A DNA stretch of 64,000 bases from an uncultured virus (IMG/VR IMGVR_UViG_3300032219_000626) (IMGVR_UViG_3300032219_000626); one strand, 5' to 3'. Positions 18,663-28,490 are shown, counted from the first letter of the stretch. Notes: generated by a model not told the origin, from the sequence alone. A program made the numbers and translations.

Positions 18663-19682
18663 TTACGCCATTACAACCTGCTGGACAATCTTCATTAGGC
18701 GGTTCTTCTCTGCGTTGATTACAGGGTCAAAGCCAGAAGCCGAAGCATAGATGTTTTCGTTGTCTCCGCCTCGTGCTGAACGATACCAATCCAAACGCTC
18801 GGTCAATGCGTTGTATGCTCCCCAAGCAGTTCCAGCAATCGTGTCGTTGAACTGACCACGATAGATTGACTGAAGTAGGTCTACCTTGCCATTGTATTTC
18901 TTGAATGAACCCTTAGCGTCTTTTTCTGGCTCAGGGTAGGCAAGAGCAATGATTTCCATAAACTGATTGTCGGTAACAGTCTTGCTAATCATCTCGTTAG
19001 CCATTTTGCTAAACTCGTCAATGTAAGAGTTAGCCAAGCCAAGAGCCTCACGAGCAACCGCAATCTTACCCTCGGCAGTTGAGGTGTGACGGATTTTGAA
19101 TGACTGCTTGGCTGCTTTCTTGCCCTTGAATGACGAGAGAGCGAGGTTGAGAGTGTTAGCACAAACTACACGAACAGGGGTAATGCTTGCCTGAATAGCA
19201 ATGCTTCCGTCGTGGCTAGTGTTGATTAGCAGATAGTTATCAATCTTGTCTGCAATCCCCTTTGGGTCAAGAGTGATTGAGTTAGACAGAGCGATAGAGC
19301 CAAACACCTGACGACCACCCTTGATTGAACCTGCGGTTTCCCAACGACCACCGCCGTCTAGTAGGTTATCACCAAACGAAAATAGGTCTTCGTTCTGCAA
19401 TGGAACATAACGCTCACCAACAACGCCTAGAATGTCGTTCTGGTCTTTGTCGAATGGGTTTGTGCGAGTAACAAAAGAGTAAGACTTGTCGCTTGCAAAA
19501 CCCTCTGGGACTGCTACATCTTCTAGACGAACATTCCATTTGTCTAGGTGAGCCAACTCTAGCATTTGCTGAGTGTTTACTTCTTCTTGGAAGACTGTTC
19601 CAAGATTGTGCCACGCTGGTTGGCGTAGGCTGGCGAATGTTGCTTCGCCTGTTACTTCATCTATTTCTAGTTCGTGAGCCAT
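18663..19682 (-). CDS. DUF932 / TIGR03299-family phage protein
   Basis: MAHEL..AWHNLG, LGVVGERY.PLQN, WETAGSIKGGRQVF, TSHDGS, TPVRVVCANTL, IRHT, GTAWGAYNA.TE. Confidence 0.88.
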   Translation of the reverse strand: MAHELEIDEVTGEATFASLRQPAWHNLGTVFQEEVNTQQMLELAHLDKWNVRLEDVAVPEGFASDKSYSFVTRTNPFDKDQNDILGVVGERYVPLQNEDLFSFGDNLLDGGGRWETAGSIKGGRQVFGSIALSNSITLDPKGIADKIDNYLLINTSHDGSIAIQASITPVRVVCANTLNLALSSFKGKKAAKQSFKIRHTSTAEGKIAVAREALGLANSYIDEFSKMANEMISKTVTDNQFMEIIALAYPEPEKDAKGSFKKYNGKVDLLQSIYRGQFNDTIAGTAWGAYNALTERLDWYRSARGGDNENIYASASGFDPVINAEKNRLMKIVQQVVMA

Positions 19683-19828
19683 AGGGGTCACCTTTCATTA
19701 GTGGTTGATTGCTGATAGTTCTATTATACAGACACCCACAGACATTGTAAATAGTTTGGGCAAAAATTCTGGAGGTTTTTTAATGGTATCGTAAACAAGC
19801 CTGGCAGGAGGGGGGCACCCCCAAAGGG

Positions 19829-19853
19829 GAGCCTTTTTTGTCATGCTCAGGAC
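19829..19853 (-). ncRNA. 3'-UTR pseudoknot, copy 2
   Basis: GTC-CT-GAGC-AT-GAC-AAAAAAG-GCTC. Confidence 0.6.
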
Positions 19854-19865
19854 GTTCATAGCCCC

Positions 19866-20342
19866 CTATGAAACTACATTCCAATCTGTAACATCAAAGT
19901 CACACTCTAGAACTTCGCTGTCTTCTTCGTAGGTATCAAAGCGAACGCTGTCGCAATAGGTATTGTCTGCTACTTCGTCAGGGTCTTTACCGAATGGAAC
20001 TTCCAACTCAACAGAAACAACAATGTCGTAACGAATGTTTACACGCTTGGTCAGGATTACATTGTCGAAGATGTCTGCAATACGCTGGGCGTTCTCAATG
20101 CTGATTTCTTCATCAGTAATCAACTCTTTGAGTAGGTCAGTAAGAGCGTATTCTGCCTTACGATACTTGTCGCTCCACTTGGTTAGTTGAGCAGAAACAA
20201 ACTCATTGTTTTGTTTTAGTTTGTCTTTCTCTGCGGTAGCAATAGATAGGTCAGCCTCTAATCTAGCAACCTTCTCATTTAGAGCAGCAAGAACAGGGTG
20301 AGTGTTAGGGGTAAAGGTTGGTTCGTTGTTGATTTCTTCCAT
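19866..20342 (-). CDS. coiled-coil hypothetical protein
   Basis: Start corrected to MEEINNE; the track ATG is part of the promoter box. Confidence 0.7.
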   Translation of the reverse strand: MEEINNEPTFTPNTHPVLAALNEKVARLEADLSIATAEKDKLKQNNEFVSAQLTKWSDKYRKAEYALTDLLKELITDEEISIENAQRIADIFDNVILTKRVNIRYDIVVSVELEVPFGKDPDEVADNTYCDSVRFDTYEEDSEVLECDFDVTDWNVVS

Positions 20343-20393
20343 TGGGGCTTCTTTCTCTTGGTGTGGTTCTATTATAGGGGTAGGGTCAGACAT

Positions 20394-20594
20394 TTATCTG
20401 TCTTCCCATTCGGATAGGTCTTCGTTGTTTAGGACAGCGTGGATGTAATCAAACTTGCTTCCGTCACCTAGGCTGTCTACTAACTCCCATTGCTCTTCGT
20501 CTAGAGCGTCTTCGTCAAACATAAGAACTTCGCTAACTCCATACGAACCGTCAGTTTCTACCCACGCTCCGTAGCGTGACACGTATTCTGCCAT
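20394..20594 (-). CDS. acidic small protein
   Basis: Stop TAA abuts the next promoter box. Confidence 0.7.
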   Translation of the reverse strand: MAEYVSRYGAWVETDGSYGVSEVLMFDEDALDEEQWELVDSLGDGSKFDYIHAVLNNEDLSEWEDR

Positions 20595-20836
20595 TTCTTT
20601 CCTTTCCTTGTTACTACTATTATAAATAGAACCACGGACATTTATTTGGGGGAACTTAATGTAGTATCGTAAATGATATAGGTAAGCTTGGGGGCACCGC
20701 CACCCCAGATAGCAAAAATCCCCCTGCTATTACTAACAAGGGGATTGCTCTGGTAGCCATACTTTCACACGCCACACCAGCCCGTGTCTTCTAGTTCATT
20801 GTATCAACTAGCAACTTCACTATCTATCTAGATAGA

Positions 20837-20863
20837 GAGCAGTTTAGACACTTGCTCAGGTGT
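20837..20863 (-). ncRNA. 3'-UTR pseudoknot, copy 3
   Basis: ACAC-CT-GAGC-AA-GTGT-CT-AAACT-GCTC. Confidence 0.7.
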
Positions 20864-20882
20864 TTAGGCGTAAGCCTGTGGA

Positions 20883-21320
20883 CTAGATTAGGTCTAGAAC
20901 GCTGTTGTAAGTGCTAGCGTTCACAGACTCTTGGTCAGTCAGTTTGAGTAGTTTGAGAGTCTTCTCCAACTGCTCTTTGTGCTGGTTTGCTTGCCAACCG
21001 CCAACTTCCTGTGGCTTGGTTGGCTTTTCGCCTATTTTAGCAAGCAGACCTCTGCCAAAAATGACCTGAACTGTGTTGCGGTAGTCACTCGTCACAGAAA
21101 AGTTGTCGCTCTCAAAGTTGAACTCATCATAAGAAACAAACTTGTTAGCGTTCTTGCCAATGAACTCAGCGACAGCCTTGCCATAAGCCTTGATGTCTTT
21201 GCTGTATGCGTTTAGCAAAGTTGGATAGTCTTTCTCTGCCTTAGCGATTTCTGCCAACTTAGCCTCAAGCATTTCGATAACTGTTGCGGTTGGGATTTTT
21301 ACTGATACGGCTCTTGCCAT
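20883..21320 (-). CDS. hypothetical protein
   Basis: Start corrected to MARAVSVKI; SD AAGGAG. Confidence 0.75.
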   Translation of the reverse strand: MARAVSVKIPTATVIEMLEAKLAEIAKAEKDYPTLLNAYSKDIKAYGKAVAEFIGKNANKFVSYDEFNFESDNFSVTSDYRNTVQVIFGRGLLAKIGEKPTKPQEVGGWQANQHKEQLEKTLKLLKLTDQESVNASTYNSVLDLI

Positions 21321-21446
21321 TTTATTTCTCCTTGTTTGGGGTTGTAACTCTATTATAGGGGTAGGGTGGGACATTTATTAGGGGAAAGCGTTCATCTCGG
21401 TTATCTCTACTATGGGCTTTCATTATGGATAACAAACCTAATAAGG

Positions 21447-21474
21447 TGGGCAGTTTTACTTGATACCCAGCAAG
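21447..21474 (-). ncRNA. 3'-UTR pseudoknot, copy 4
   Basis: CTTG-CT-GGGT-AT-CAAG-TA-AAACT-GCCC. Confidence 0.7.
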
Positions 21475-21491
21475 AAGCCTAGGGGCTTACC

Positions 21492-21647
21492 TTACTTGAT
21501 GGTAGACCAGCGGTCTTGACCAGCAACTTCCAAACGAACACGGAAAGTGCCGTTCTTGTTAGCCACAACTTCCTGAACAATGCCAGAAACTCCTGACTTT
21601 AGAGTGGTGAACTGTGAGCCAACAGCAGGAATGGTGATGTTCGACAT
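21492..21647 (-). CDS. 51-aa SH3/KOW-like small protein
   Basis: Hand-translated MSNITIPAVGSQFTTLKSGVSGIVQEVVANKNGTFRVRLEVAGQDRWSTIK. Confidence 0.7.
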   Translation of the reverse strand: MSNITIPAVGSQFTTLKSGVSGIVQEVVANKNGTFRVRLEVAGQDRWSTIK

Positions 21648-21918
21648 AATGTCTTTCTACCTATTTCTAGGATTTGCTTCGTTATTTGATACCAACGGAT
21701 TTGTTGATACCTCTATTATAGCAAGGGGGTCAGACATTTATCAACTCTGCTTGTAACAGAATGTAACATCTTTAGTTTTTAGTGGGGAGTGAGTTTTGTC
21801 TTTCCCTTGCTACAAGTTCTATTATACGGATACCCTCGGACATTTATTTTGGGAAATGGGAAATGATTCACGTAATCGTAAATCGGCATACCCAGGGGGG
21901 TGCCCCTTTCGGGGTAGC

Positions 21919-22485
21919 CTACTGCCTATACAAAAAGTTCTTAGCAGATAGCCAAGCCCTATAAAGTATTTCGTCTTCTCTGCCAGAGATGTCCCACTCC
22001 AATAGTCTGCCTATTGTGTGTGAGTTGCGATTTTCCAAGTCTGCTAAGACTAAGGCGTATGCCTGTTCTAGTTCTTCGTTCATTAGTCTGTTAGTCCTTC
22101 CATTATAGATACTGCCATTACTAGTCCTTCGTAGTAGCCATTAGAGTATTCGTCTTCCACTACTGCCTCTGCTAGTCGCATTTCGTCAATAAGAATAAGT
22201 AGTCTGTCTTGCATTAGTATCCTGCTTTCTCTAGAATGGATAGTAGTTGGTCTACTTGCTCTGGGCTTAGTTCTTCGATTGCCTGTTCGTTGATTACATT
22301 ATCAAACATCATAGGAACTCGAAAGGGTCTAGGTCGCCAAAGTAGTCTTCGAACTCGGCAAGGTTACCAGTAGCAAGAACTTCCAGTATGTCGTTATAGA
22401 CAGAGCCAGACTCACCACGATTGGTTGCGTCAAGGCGGTCATAGATGTCGGTTGCAATGTATTCGTTTTCGTTTTCGTTGTTCAT
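21919..22485 (-). CDS. four translationally coupled micro-ORFs (approx. 22309-22485, 22214-22309, 22083-22214, 21919-22083)
   Basis: Leaderless first gene; TAATG/TGATG overlaps; acidic products. Confidence 0.6.
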
Positions 22486-22692
22486 AGGTTTATTATACAT
22501 TGGGGGTAGGACATTTATTATCGTAAACGTAATCGAAGTAGGAGCTTTGAGGGTGCCCCCCTTTCGGGGTGGGTTATAGACCTAACACACTTTCTAAGTC
22601 TTCTAAGGCTTCTTCGGCGGTGATAAAGTTCAAGTGATAGCCAGCAAAAATTTCTTCGATTAGGTCTGTTTGGTCATTAGTTAGACTAGCCA

Positions 22693-23175
22693 TTACTCTC
22701 CCTCGTGGTCAAAATATTTGTTTGAGCATTCTACACACATACCAAGTTCTTCTTGGTGAACAATAGCAACTACAGGCTCTCCACACTTTTCGCAAGGCTT
22801 GTAGTGGCTAAAGTGAAATAGCCCTGTTCCTGTTGGTTCATCGTGACTCCAGCGTCTAGCGGTTAGAATGTTGTTCTCAAGATACCATTCAATACGGAAG
22901 TCAGCGTCTAATGCTAATGCTCCGTGTAGTTTATCCATAGTTGTCCACTTGAAACCTGCCTGACGCATCCAGCCCATTCCTGAGCCGTCAATAAGGATGT
23001 GGTCGTCTTCGTCAATGTTGTTAGACTTTTGCCATTCGCCTAGTAGTGTGAACACATCTTCTTTCTGCCATTCGTAGCATTCGCCATAGCAGTTGTCTTC
23101 CATTGGCGTTCCGTCTTCGTTTGTGCATTGGCAGTCAGTAGTTACGCTTGCGGTTAGTTTTTCGATAGTAGTCAT
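22693..23175 (-). CDS. hypothetical protein with C-terminal Zn finger
   Basis: GMGW, SHDEPTG, CxxC...CxxC. Confidence 0.7.
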   Translation of the reverse strand: MTTIEKLTASVTTDCQCTNEDGTPMEDNCYGECYEWQKEDVFTLLGEWQKSNNIDEDDHILIDGSGMGWMRQAGFKWTTMDKLHGALALDADFRIEWYLENNILTARRWSHDEPTGTGLFHFSHYKPCEKCGEPVVAIVHQEELGMCVECSNKYFDHEGE

Positions 23176-23219
23176 TCTTCTCTTTCTTGTTGATTACAGT
23201 TTATCAGTAGCCACAGACA

Positions 23220-23357
23220 TTATTCGGCGGTAAGGTCAGCAAGAGAAACATCCACTGGACCATTCTCTGTATAGATAACATACCATTCGTTGCTTAGGTT
23301 ATTGAACATAGACTTACGCAATACGCCTAACTCTAGTAGTTTTTCGATACTTACCAT
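23220..23357 (-). CDS. 45-aa protein flanked by near-identical promoter repeats
   Basis: Hand-translated MVSIEKLLELGVLRKSMFNNLSNEWY... Confidence 0.6.
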   Translation of the reverse strand: MVSIEKLLELGVLRKSMFNNLSNEWYVIYTENGPVDVSLADLTAE

Positions 23358-23401
23358 TATTCTCCCTCTTGTTGATTATAGTTTATCAGTAGCCACAGAC
23401 A

Positions 23402-23524
23402 TTATAGGTTGCAGTCACTGGCTAGGATATCGTCACAGTCAAAACACTTTTGCATATTGCAGTATTCGTTACCGCATTCACAAGGAACCCAGTCCATATT
23501 AAACACATTGCATTCACTACTCAT
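23402..23524 (-). CDS. 40-aa Cys-rich protein
   Basis: MSSECNVFNMDWVPCECGNEYCNMQKCFDCDDILASDCNL. Confidence 0.55.
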   Translation of the reverse strand: MSSECNVFNMDWVPCECGNEYCNMQKCFDCDDILASDCNL

Positions 23525-23694
23525 TAGTAACTCTCCTTGATAGCCTTTAGTTTGTTTGCTTGACGGCTACCCTTGCGGTTTTCAGGGGTAACGATTAGGT
23601 GCTTGTTTAGCATTAGTGACTCAAACAACGCCTTAGAGTGAGCCTTGCGTGTTGCTTCATTGACCTTGTTTAGTGGCTTCTTGTTCTTCTTCAT
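23524..23694 (-). CDS. basic small protein (leaderless)
   Basis: TATACT-N7-ATG; MKKNKKPLNK...RKGSRQANK. Confidence 0.65.
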   Translation of the reverse strand: MKKNKKPLNKVNEATRKAHSKALFESLMLNKHLIVTPENRKGSRQANKLKAIKESY

Positions 23695-23795
23695 ACTGAT
23701 AAGTATAGCAAAACCCACAGACATTTATTTGGGAGATTTTTAATGTGTTACGTAAAGGGGGTGGGGCTAGGGGGGCACCCCCGAAGGGGTAGGAA

Positions 23796-24317
23796 TTACT
23801 CCCCACTCCCTCTAACTACAATCCAAATTAGGGCTTGCATTGCTCTAGGGGTCATGCCGTGTTTGGTAGCCACAGCAGTTACAGCGTCTGCCATTTCTTT
23901 ATACTGCGACTGCGTAGGTGTCTTTTTCTCAATGCCTAACGCTCGCAACATCCAAACATCAATCACGACTGCATTTTCGTTACCAGCGATAGCCTTAGCA
24001 AAGTTGTTAGTCTTGAGACCTTTAAGAGCGTCGAATCCTAGCGTGAGTGCTTTCTCTGCCATGCGGATGTTATTGCCTAGCACTCCCTTTAGTTCGTGAC
24101 CGAGTGAAAACTTTACTGCATTAGTAACATTACGAGACCAACGCTCACGAGGGCTAAAAGCAGATACAACAGTTGCTCCAATCTCAAGGGTAGTGTTTAG
24201 GTTAGTTGCAACTTCACGAGCAACGGTCTCAGCGTCAAGATACCATTTAGTGGCTTGCTCAACCTGACCAAAGGTTGCTTTTTTGGCAATGTCTGAATAG
24301 ATTTTGGTGTATGACAT
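23796..24317 (-). CDS. hypothetical protein, possibly HhH DNA-glycosylase-like
   Basis: WY, SAFSPR..W..N, GLKTNNF...VVIDVWM.RA, QA.IW. Confidence 0.5.
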   Translation of the reverse strand: MSYTKIYSDIAKKATFGQVEQATKWYLDAETVAREVATNLNTTLEIGATVVSAFSPRERWSRNVTNAVKFSLGHELKGVLGNNIRMAEKALTLGFDALKGLKTNNFAKAIAGNENAVVIDVWMLRALGIEKKTPTQSQYKEMADAVTAVATKHGMTPRAMQALIWIVVRGSGE

Positions 24318-24559
24318 GGGGCTGTCTCCTTCTTGTTGATAGTCTTATTATACATTTAGGGTGGGACATTTATTTATCGTAACGTAAAGGAGCTTTGCCA
24401 GGAGGGCGGTGCCCCCAGCACACCCTAGAAGGGTGGCTGAAGTTCCTCGTTCTCTCTCCAAAGTTTATTGACTAGCCTAAGCAGCACGAGGTTTATTGCT
24501 GTAAGAACCACAACACCAAAACCAACAATCCAAAAGAGAAAAGCAATCCAATCATTCAT

Positions 24560-24730
24560 TTATTCTCCCCAACAAGCGTCTACAAACTTTTCGGTAATAA
24601 AGCGGTCGTTGTCCTCACGAAACATAACCGCAAAACTTTCCACTAGGCTGTCGAAAGTTGTGTCGTCAATGTCCTGTAGGTGTCCTTTTAGGATTTCTGC
24701 GGTAGTCACATAGTCTTTGCGTGTCATCAT
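24560..24730 (-). CDS. small hypothetical protein
   Basis: MTRKDYV..A.IL...F..DN.RF..EKF..AC. Confidence 0.6.
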   Translation of the reverse strand: MMTRKDYVTTAEILKGHLQDIDDTTFDSLVESFAVMFREDNDRFITEKFVDACWGE

Positions 24731-24948
24731 TAGTTTTACTCTCTTTCCGATACTTCGATTAGTTTTAGTCGTTCTTTGTCTGATAGCATAGCCCAAGCCC
24801 AACCAAAAGCATAGGCGTAGGCTTCCGAGTTGCTAAAGTCTTTGTTAGCCATTAGGTTTTTGATTACTTCGCTGTTTCTGAACATTAGTTGTTCTTCCAT
24901 TAGTTTTACCTTTCGTTGTGATTACAGTTTACCAATACCCACAGACAT

Positions 24949-25122
24949 TTATTCTGTAGGCTCAAGCCACTCAACGCCATTTACCCAAAAGCGAGCAATA
25001 CGACCTTTGTAGTATGCGTCAATAAGCCAATCTAGTTGAACCTCGTTTTCTAGTGGAGCCTCAATCTCAAGGGTAGAACCGTTGTCCATTTCGACTACAT
25101 AAATGTTCATTGTGTTTCGCAT
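24949..25122 (-). CDS. 57-aa hypothetical protein
   Basis: Hand-translated; bounded by two box promoters; stop abuts ATGTC. Confidence 0.6.
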   Translation of the reverse strand: MRNTMNIYVVEMDNGSTLEIEAPLENEVQLDWLIDAYYKGRIARFWVNGVEWLEPTE

Positions 25123-25241
25123 AGTTTTCCTTTCGTTGTAGTTACAGTTTACCGCATACCACAGACATTTATTCGGGTGCTTTTTAATACACTACGTAAA
25201 GTGTTATCAAACCGTTATTCGGGTGCCCCCAGCTCCCTGCC

Positions 25242-25400
25242 TCAGTCGAAGCAGAAGGGAGCGTCTAGGAACTCCGCATAAGCCTCTTGCAAGGCTTGCT
25301 GGCGTTCAGCCCTGTCTTGGGCTGCCAACTCCTCGGGAGAATACTCGTCCTCCTCAAAGTAGTTCTCAGCGATGTCGTCCCAGCCAAAATCTTCGTCCAT
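25242..25400 (-). CDS. 52-aa highly acidic protein
   Basis: MDEDFGWDDIAENYFEEDEYSPEELAAQ... Confidence 0.6.
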   Translation of the reverse strand: MDEDFGWDDIAENYFEEDEYSPEELAAQDRAERQQALQEAYAEFLDAPFCFD

Positions 25401-25669
25401 TAGTTATCCTTTCGTTACCACCATTGTAACAACCACCTCGGACATTTTGGGGGATAATCTTAAAACTATTTAATAACGTTTAGGTAACGAATCGGGGTGC
25501 CCCCCTGGCGTGTCGCTACCTGCTAGGCAGGGCGAACGCAGAGGTTGCAGACAAACATACTCTTAGCAATCTGCCTAACTAGGTAGGCATCTGCAGGGCG
25601 GTTGCAAAGTTCGCAAAGGTTCTCCTTGCGTTCCTGTGGGGTTAGTTTGATGCTGGGCATAGGCTCTCC

Positions 25670-25915
25670 TTAGTTAGCGTTTGGGTAGTTTGGTGATAGG
25701 TCAAGGGTGTTGTAGGTTGCTTCATTCTTGTTCAGCAGGGTCAGGCGATAGACAATGCCAGAGTTAGAGAAACGGCGAGCAACCTCAAAGTGTTCGCATA
25801 GTCCAAAGTTTTTGATGTTCTTGCCAGCAGCGTAGGCGTTAGCAAAGGTGTCATAGGTCTGGATGGTCTGGCTCACGAAGAGCAGGTTTGGGCTAAGGGT
25901 CAAGGGGAACTCCAA
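25670..25915 (-). CDS. hypothetical protein (start uncertain)
   Basis: Downstream of box promoter 25935-25959. Confidence 0.55.
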   Translation of the reverse strand: MEFPLTLSPNLLFVSQTIQTYDTFANAYAAGKNIKNFGLCEHFEVARRFSNSGIVYRLTLLNKNEATYNTLDLSPNYPNAN

Positions 25916-26039
25916 TCAATCAACTTACGAAGTAAGTCTAACAGCCACCTCAGACATTTATTATTATTTTGAGAGACATTTCGGGACATTTTTAATCGGT
26001 AACGTAAACTGTTACCAAATCGTTATCGGGGTGCCCCCC

Positions 26040-26069
26040 TGTGGATAACTTTTAGCTACCTGTGGATAA
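26040..26069 (-). promoter_or_regulatory. two DnaA boxes
   Basis: TGTGGATAA at 26040 and 26061. Confidence 0.7.
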
Positions 26070-26591
26070 CTATTTCTTTTGTGTAAGCGGAAGCAATTAG
26101 GGCAATAGCCTCGTCATACTCTTCCCAAGTGTCAAACTTTAGAATAATCATTAGTTAGCCTTTCTTTTAGCGTCAGGGTATTCCTTGAGGAATGAAGTCA
26201 CATCTCGCCAGTGGATAGCCGAAACAACTAGGCTTCCATTTAGGGAGTATTCAAATAGAGTGTATCCGTTTGGCATTAGTTGCCCTTTCTTGTTTGTAGT
26301 TACAGGTTACCATTAGGGGCAGACATTTATTTGCTAGGCTCACCATTACGGATTATTTGCTAGGCTCTTGCTACCCCTAAAACTTATTTGCCCATTGCTC
26401 TGGCAACCAACTGCTTACCCTCATCGCTAACCACAGCGAACAACGAACCAGCGACATAGACATAGGCGGTATTAGCGTCATAGCCATAGCGTTCCATTGC
26501 GTATTCAACAAGGTCAGTTAGAGTTGGAGTTTCAGTCATTTCATTTCTCATTTCTTTTGGTTGATTACAGTTTAGGGGATACCACGGACAT

Positions 26592-26735
26592 TTATTTATT
26601 TAGTTTGTCAAACTGAAACTGAAGCCAGTGAACCTCGTCATAGTCTTCAGGCGTGTCAATGCCTAGGGCGATTAGTTTGCCTAGGTTTTCAATGGCTAGG
26701 TCTAGGGCTAGTTTTGCGTCAAGTGCTTTCTTCAT
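26592..26735 (-). CDS. 47-aa protein, paralog of 27683-27820
   Basis: AKLALDLAIENLGKLIALGIDTPEDYDEVHWL. Confidence 0.7.
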   Translation of the reverse strand: MKKALDAKLALDLAIENLGKLIALGIDTPEDYDEVHWLQFQFDKLNK

Positions 26736-27075
26736 TTATTCCTTCTTTCTATCTACCTATAAGGTATCACGAACCACGGACATTTATTTACCAAAACAGG
26801 GGGTTTTTTGGCTTGTTACTTAAACCGTTACCAAAACGTTATTTTGGGGTGCCCCACGCAGTCGGGCGTGTCGCCAGGGTAGAGCTAGAACGGTGGCTTA
26901 TTCCGTTCCAACTCTTCCTCTAGCGATTTGATTACCATATTTTTGTACCAAGCATAGCAAGCCCAAGCAAGAGATAGGATAACAATCCATGATAGCGTTG
27001 GAGACATTTTTTCCTTTACTGATTGAATAGAACGATAAGAGCGATTAGGATTAGACTACCAAACACCACAGACAT

Positions 27076-27234
27076 TTAGACGCTACCGCCTAGTTTCTGG
27101 ATGTGACGAACAAGGGCTAGCATGAAGTCTAGTTCTGCGTGTGATAAGTAGTCAAGGTTCTCGGCTTCACGAACGAGTGAGTTGAGTTTTAGTTTTGCTT
27201 GTTTTAGGGTCAAGTCTGCTAGTGCTGTTTCCAT
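27076..27234 (-). CDS. 52-aa hypothetical protein
   Basis: METALADLTLKQAKLKL...; stop abuts promoter box. Confidence 0.55.
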   Translation of the reverse strand: METALADLTLKQAKLKLNSLVREAENLDYLSHAELDFMLALVRHIQKLGGSV

Positions 27235-27266
27235 TTTACTGCCTTTCGATTAGTTTGAGTTTAGCA

Positions 27267-27524
27267 TTAGGGGCGGACATTGTTTTTAGGGCAGTAGTCA
27301 ATCTGTCTTGACTTTTTGTAGCCAACAAAACCATTAGGGCTAACCTTTTGTTCTAAGATTAGTTCGTGTTCCCAACCTTTACCGAACAACGAGTTTGTTA
27401 CACGCTCTCCACAGTTGGCACACTCACCAAACCATAGTTGGTTGTTCTGGCGGTAGCCATCGGCTGGGTTTAGAACCTTGAAGCCGTTGCCGATACCTTG
27501 AGTTCTTGTTTCTTGAATAGTCAT
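27267..27524 (-). CDS. hypothetical Zn-ribbon protein
   Basis: CANCGE...W.H...YCP. Confidence 0.65.
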   Translation of the reverse strand: MTIQETRTQGIGNGFKVLNPADGYRQNNQLWFGECANCGERVTNSLFGKGWEHELILEQKVSPNGFVGYKKSRQIDYCPKNNVRP

Positions 27525-27682
27525 TTATTTCTCATTTCTTTTAGTTACTTACAGTTTAGTGTATGCCACAGACATTTATTATTCAAAACAGGGGCTTTTT
27601 TTCGTTCTTACGTAAAACGTTACCAAATCGTTATTTTTGGGTGCCCCCACGCTGTCGGGCGTGTCGCCCTGGTGGGGTATTG

Positions 27683-27820
27683 CTAAGAACGCTTTAGTTC
27701 TTGCTCTAGCCAATACACTTCGTCATAGTCTGCATCAGTGTCTAGCCCTAGAGCGATTAGTTTCTCTAGGTTTTCTTTTGCTAGGTCGAAAGCGATTTTT
27801 GCGTTTAGTTCTTTGTTCAT
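27683..27820 (-). CDS. 45-aa protein, paralog of 26592-26735
   Basis: AKIAFDLAKENLEKLIALGLDTDADYDEVYWL. Confidence 0.7.
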   Translation of the reverse strand: MNKELNAKIAFDLAKENLEKLIALGLDTDADYDEVYWLEQELKRS

Positions 27821-28003
27821 TTCATTTTCCATTTCTTTTTGTTACTTTGCTTATTCGCTAGGCTCACCGATTACTCGTTTATTTGCTAGGCTTACAAATC
27901 TTTTCTGTTTTTCTTTATACCTATAGTATAAACACCCCCACGGACATTTATTATCTCAAACACACCTTTTTTCGGGGGTTTTTGTAACAGAATTGTAACG
28001 AAG

Positions 28004-28024
28004 TTATCCACAGAGTTATCCACA
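28004..28024 (+). promoter_or_regulatory. two DnaA boxes
   Basis: TTATCCACA-GAG-TTATCCACA. Confidence 0.75.
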
Positions 28025-28250
28025 GGCGGTGCCCCCACGCTGTCGGGCGTGTCGCAGGGTAGCGACTAGACTACTAAGTAGTCAAGCCAGTCATACTCCG
28101 CAACCGCATCCTTTACAGTCATGATACCCTTGTACTCGTTACAAGTAGGGCAAGAGTGTGGAGCGAGGTTGAAGGTTCTCTCACAAAATACACAAACAAA
28201 CATTAGTTATCCTTTCTTGATACTTTTAGTGTAGCAGTTGCTACAGACAT

Positions 28251-28490
28251 TTATTCTACGTGAGCAGAGCAGACATAGGCTACATCCTGCTCCTCAACGA
28301 TACGCTTGCTTGACTTGGAGTAGCGAGGTCTAGCATAGGTCTCAATGACGGTGACAGTCTCGCCACAGTTGCAGCAAGGGCAACCGTCATCGGCTACGCT
28401 AACTTGGCATCCTGCAAAGTATTGTGCTTCATCGGCGGTAGCAGGGCGAGTAGCAATCAGGGTCCAACTGTAGTCAAACATTTCGTTCAT
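28251..28490 (-). CDS. Cys-rich hypothetical protein
   Basis: Start corrected downstream of the promoter. Confidence 0.6.
   Translation of the reverse strand: MNEMFDYSWTLIATRPATADEAQYFAGCQVSVADDGCPCCNCGETVTVIETYARPRYSKSSKRIVEEQDVAYVCSAHVE

Larger units (their letters stand above)
26327..27892 (-). repeat. paired 14-mer AGCCTAGC(A/G)AATAA at two loci
   Basis: 26327, 26353, 27851, 27879. Confidence 0.8.

Noticed and set aside
5203..21474. Hammerhead ribozyme reading of the CUGAG...AAAC motif
   Set aside because: Lacks the CUGAnGA/GAAA core and three-stem junction; two copies read CUGGG
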